From contig JAUHZI010000002.1 of NCBI GenBank assembly GCA_030426105.1, positions 67,651 to 131,650 on the forward strand: a stretch of DNA of 64,000 nucleotides. Reading direction: 5' to 3'. Both the position numbers and the translations under genes were made by a program. This stretch comes from Bacteroidia bacterium (GTDB lineage: Bacteria > Bacteroidota > Bacteroidia > Flavobacteriales_D > Parvicellaceae). The number at the start of each line of letters is the position of its first letter. Position 1 is the first letter of the stretch. Positions 62,105 to 64,000 of the stretch are shown here, piece by piece. The notes under the pieces were generated by a model. It was not told the origin of the DNA and did no database searches. It saw nothing but the letters and a program-made list of their open reading frames with translations.

Positions 62105-64000
62105 TTAAATTTTGACTTGCAATGTCAAAAAGTAATTACGGGGAGGAGAGGGGATAATTCCAGGGCCTGGATAAGCAGTTGCTCTTCGAGTAAAATAAAT
62201 ACTGTTGGTGAGGTTGTTTATCCCTGTTTCTAACTGCAAACGTTTCCATTTATATTTTATTGACCAATCTACAATAGAATAAGCAGGAATTAAGCCGTTA
62301 ACAGCATTGGCTTGTTGTAGGGTGTTTGTAGCGTCTGAAAAATGCTCTGAAGTGTAAGAATATTGAATTTGAGTACTAATATTTGTGTAACCAACCCTTA
62401 AGCCTGTTTTAAAGGTAAATGCAGGAACCAACTCCACCTTTTTATTTTCGTAGGCTGGTTCAAGTGAATTAATGTAACGAGCATCTGTTAATGCAGTATT
62501 TACGAAAGTTCTTACAGATAACTTTGATGTGTCATTGATTAGTAGCTTCCACCAATCAACAGCAACCATTCCTTCTACTCCTTTGGTGAGCGATTTGGAA
62601 ATGTTTGTTCGATATTGGTAAACATTAAATAACAGAGGATCTGTTTTAATGGCTGTACCAATACGATTGTTATATGCTAATAAAAAGAGTGAGATGTCGT
62701 AATTTACCTTATTTCCTATCAAACCTCTAGCTCCCAAATCAAAGTTATACCCCTTTTCATCTTCTAAATTAGGGTCAATCCTAAAGTTAGGGTTCTGTAT
62801 CTGCATATCAGTAAAGTTAATACTACGGTAGTTCTGAGAAGCATTGGCATAAAACTCTAAGGAATCGTTTTGTTTATAGTTAAGTCCTATCCCACCAATT
62901 AGAAAAGATCGATTGTTGGTTTGGTTATCGATGACTTGTTCGTCAAAGACAATGTTTCCTGCCAAATCACGTACGGTATTCCTATACCATCCATTTGCAT
63001 TGGTGTTGATAGATTCGAATCGAACTCCTGGAGTTATACTAAAATGTTTGGAAAGCGCAAAAATATGTTCTACAAAGACTGATATGTTTTGACTGGGAAA
63101 TTCATAGTCTGAACCTTCGACATAATTAGGGTTTAAATATTCAAAATGAGGTTGATCAGTACTATCTGCATAACCCTGTAAGCTATGGTTGTAGCCTTTG
63201 TAATATCTAGCCCCAGCAACAAATGCCCATATTTGATCTTTAACAGAATAGGTTTTTAATAAACGTGTTTCGTTACCAAAATTCATGAACTCTCCCAAAA
63301 TGTAATCTCTTTCTGTAAGTGGGTCAACCCTGTTGATTTGTTCCAGTACACCTAAAGCTTTTCTGTTGGCTATTAACCCAAAAAAACGACTGTTTAAACG
63401 CGTTGTAGAACTGAATTCATGGTTGAATTGTAAAGCTGCTAAATTCCAATCTACTTTAAACCAATTCCTTGTTCTATATGAAGTGTCAGGCGTTGTGTTA
63501 AATTGTAAGTCTGTTAAGCCTCCAGGTTGGTGAGCAAGGTAATTCATCTTAGTAAATTCAATATTGGCGCTTGTCTTTTCGTTAAACTGGTATTGAGCAT
63601 TCAGGCCAGCAGCATAAACATCAAACTCTGAATTAGGTCTAAAGTCATTTCCTGTTTTATATTGTCCATAGGCATAATAGTTCCACCTTTTCTTACTTCC
63701 TCCAACTTCTAAAAAGGTATTAGAAAGACCAAAAGAACCAACAGTTTGTCGTATAGCTGCTTCTAATTGTTTCTCTTCATTCCCAGTTTTTAACACAAAG
63801 TTTAGTAGGCCTCCAAATTGAGTCCCAAATTGTAATGCAGCGGCACCGCGAATTAATTGTATTTTTTGAACAGCTTCAGTAGGAGGGGTGTAATACGTTT
63901 CTGGATAGCCTAATGCATCAGCACTAATGTCATAACCATTTTGACGTGTATTGTAATTAGAAGTTCGGCTTGGGTTAAGTCCTCGTCCTCCAATCCCTAA
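62105..64000 (-). CDS. TonB-dependent receptor (C-terminal barrel; N-terminus beyond the window end)
   Basis: The reading frame stays open upstream of the ORF-track start through to position 64000 (...IQLIRGAAALQFGTQFGGLLNFVLKTGNEE...). Typical TBDR barrel repeats are present. Confidence 0.85.
   Translation of the reverse strand, partial: LGIGGRGLNPSRTSNYNTRQNGYDISADALGYPETYYTPPTEAVQKIQLIRGAAALQFGTQFGGLLNFVLKTGNEEKQLEAAIRQTVGSFGLSNTFLEVGGSKKRWNYYAYGQYKTGNDFRPNSEFDVYAAGLNAQYQFNEKTSANIEFTKMNYLAHQPGGLTDLQFNTTPDTSYRTRNWFKVDWNLAALQFNHEFSSTTRLNSRFFGLIANRKALGVLEQINRVDPLTERDYILGEFMNFGNETRLLKTYSVKDQIWAFVAGARYYKGYNHSLQGYADSTDQPHFEYLNPNYVEGSDYEFPSQNISVFVEHIFALSKHFSITPGVRFESINTNANGWYRNTVRDLAGNIVFDEQVIDNQTNNRSFLIGGIGLNYKQNDSLEFYANASQNYRSINFTDMQIQNPNFRIDPNLEDEKGYNFDLGARGLIGNKVNYDISLFLLAYNNRIGTAIKTDPLLFNVYQYRTNISKSLTKGVEGMVAVDWWKLLINDTSKLSVRTFVNTALTDARYINSLEPAYENKKVELVPAFTFKTGLRVGYTNISTQIQYSYTSEHFSDATNTLQQANAVNGLIPAYSIVDWSIKYKWKRLQLETGINNLTNSIYFTRRATAYPGPGIIPSPPRNYFLTLQVKI

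Noticed and set aside
1-64000. tRNA, rRNA, tmRNA, RNase P, IS elements, prophage or defence islands
   Set aside because: No intergenic gap contains tRNA-like acceptor/T-arm signatures (e.g. GGTTCGAATCC) or long structured RNA-like GC-rich tracts. No transposase, integrase, restriction-modification, toxin-antitoxin or Cas-like motifs appear in any ORF. A covariance-model scan (tRNAscan-SE/Infernal) would be needed for certainty.

Overview
AT-rich (by eye about one-third G+C, not computed), densely coding chromosomal segment. It is most consistent with Bacteroidota, probably Flavobacteriia. Support: five proteins end in T9SS C-terminal sorting domains, many genes are preceded by the TAnnTTTG -7 promoter box, and lineage-typical genes are present (DUF4270, short glycogen-synthase-like protein, long PurF). 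I call about 56 CDS. Housekeeping genes recognised from motifs: purF-like, M1 aminopeptidase N, metF, fumC, sucA/sucB, glmS, panC/panD, rsmI, oxyR, a LytS-type kinase with a LytTR regulator, and a partial TonB-dependent receptor at the right edge. Between them lie many envelope and secretome genes of unknown function. I saw no rRNA, tRNA, CRISPR array, IS element, integrase or obvious defence system. No single classic novel system stands out. The best candidates are: (1) an orphan small ParA/ParF-type ATPase translationally coupled to three uncharacterised proteins, one GldM-N-like (16632-18869); (2) a tightly overlapping operon of lipoprotein, beta-barrel, T9SS propeller cargo and PIG-V-like GT-C glycosyltransferase, with a convergent FkbM methyltransferase (20013-26257); (3) a T9SS protein with a perfectly phased 822-nt internal duplication of a NIDO-like domain carrying a conserved vicinal Cys-Cys (30518-31921). 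All family calls come from motif recognition by eye and no searches were run.
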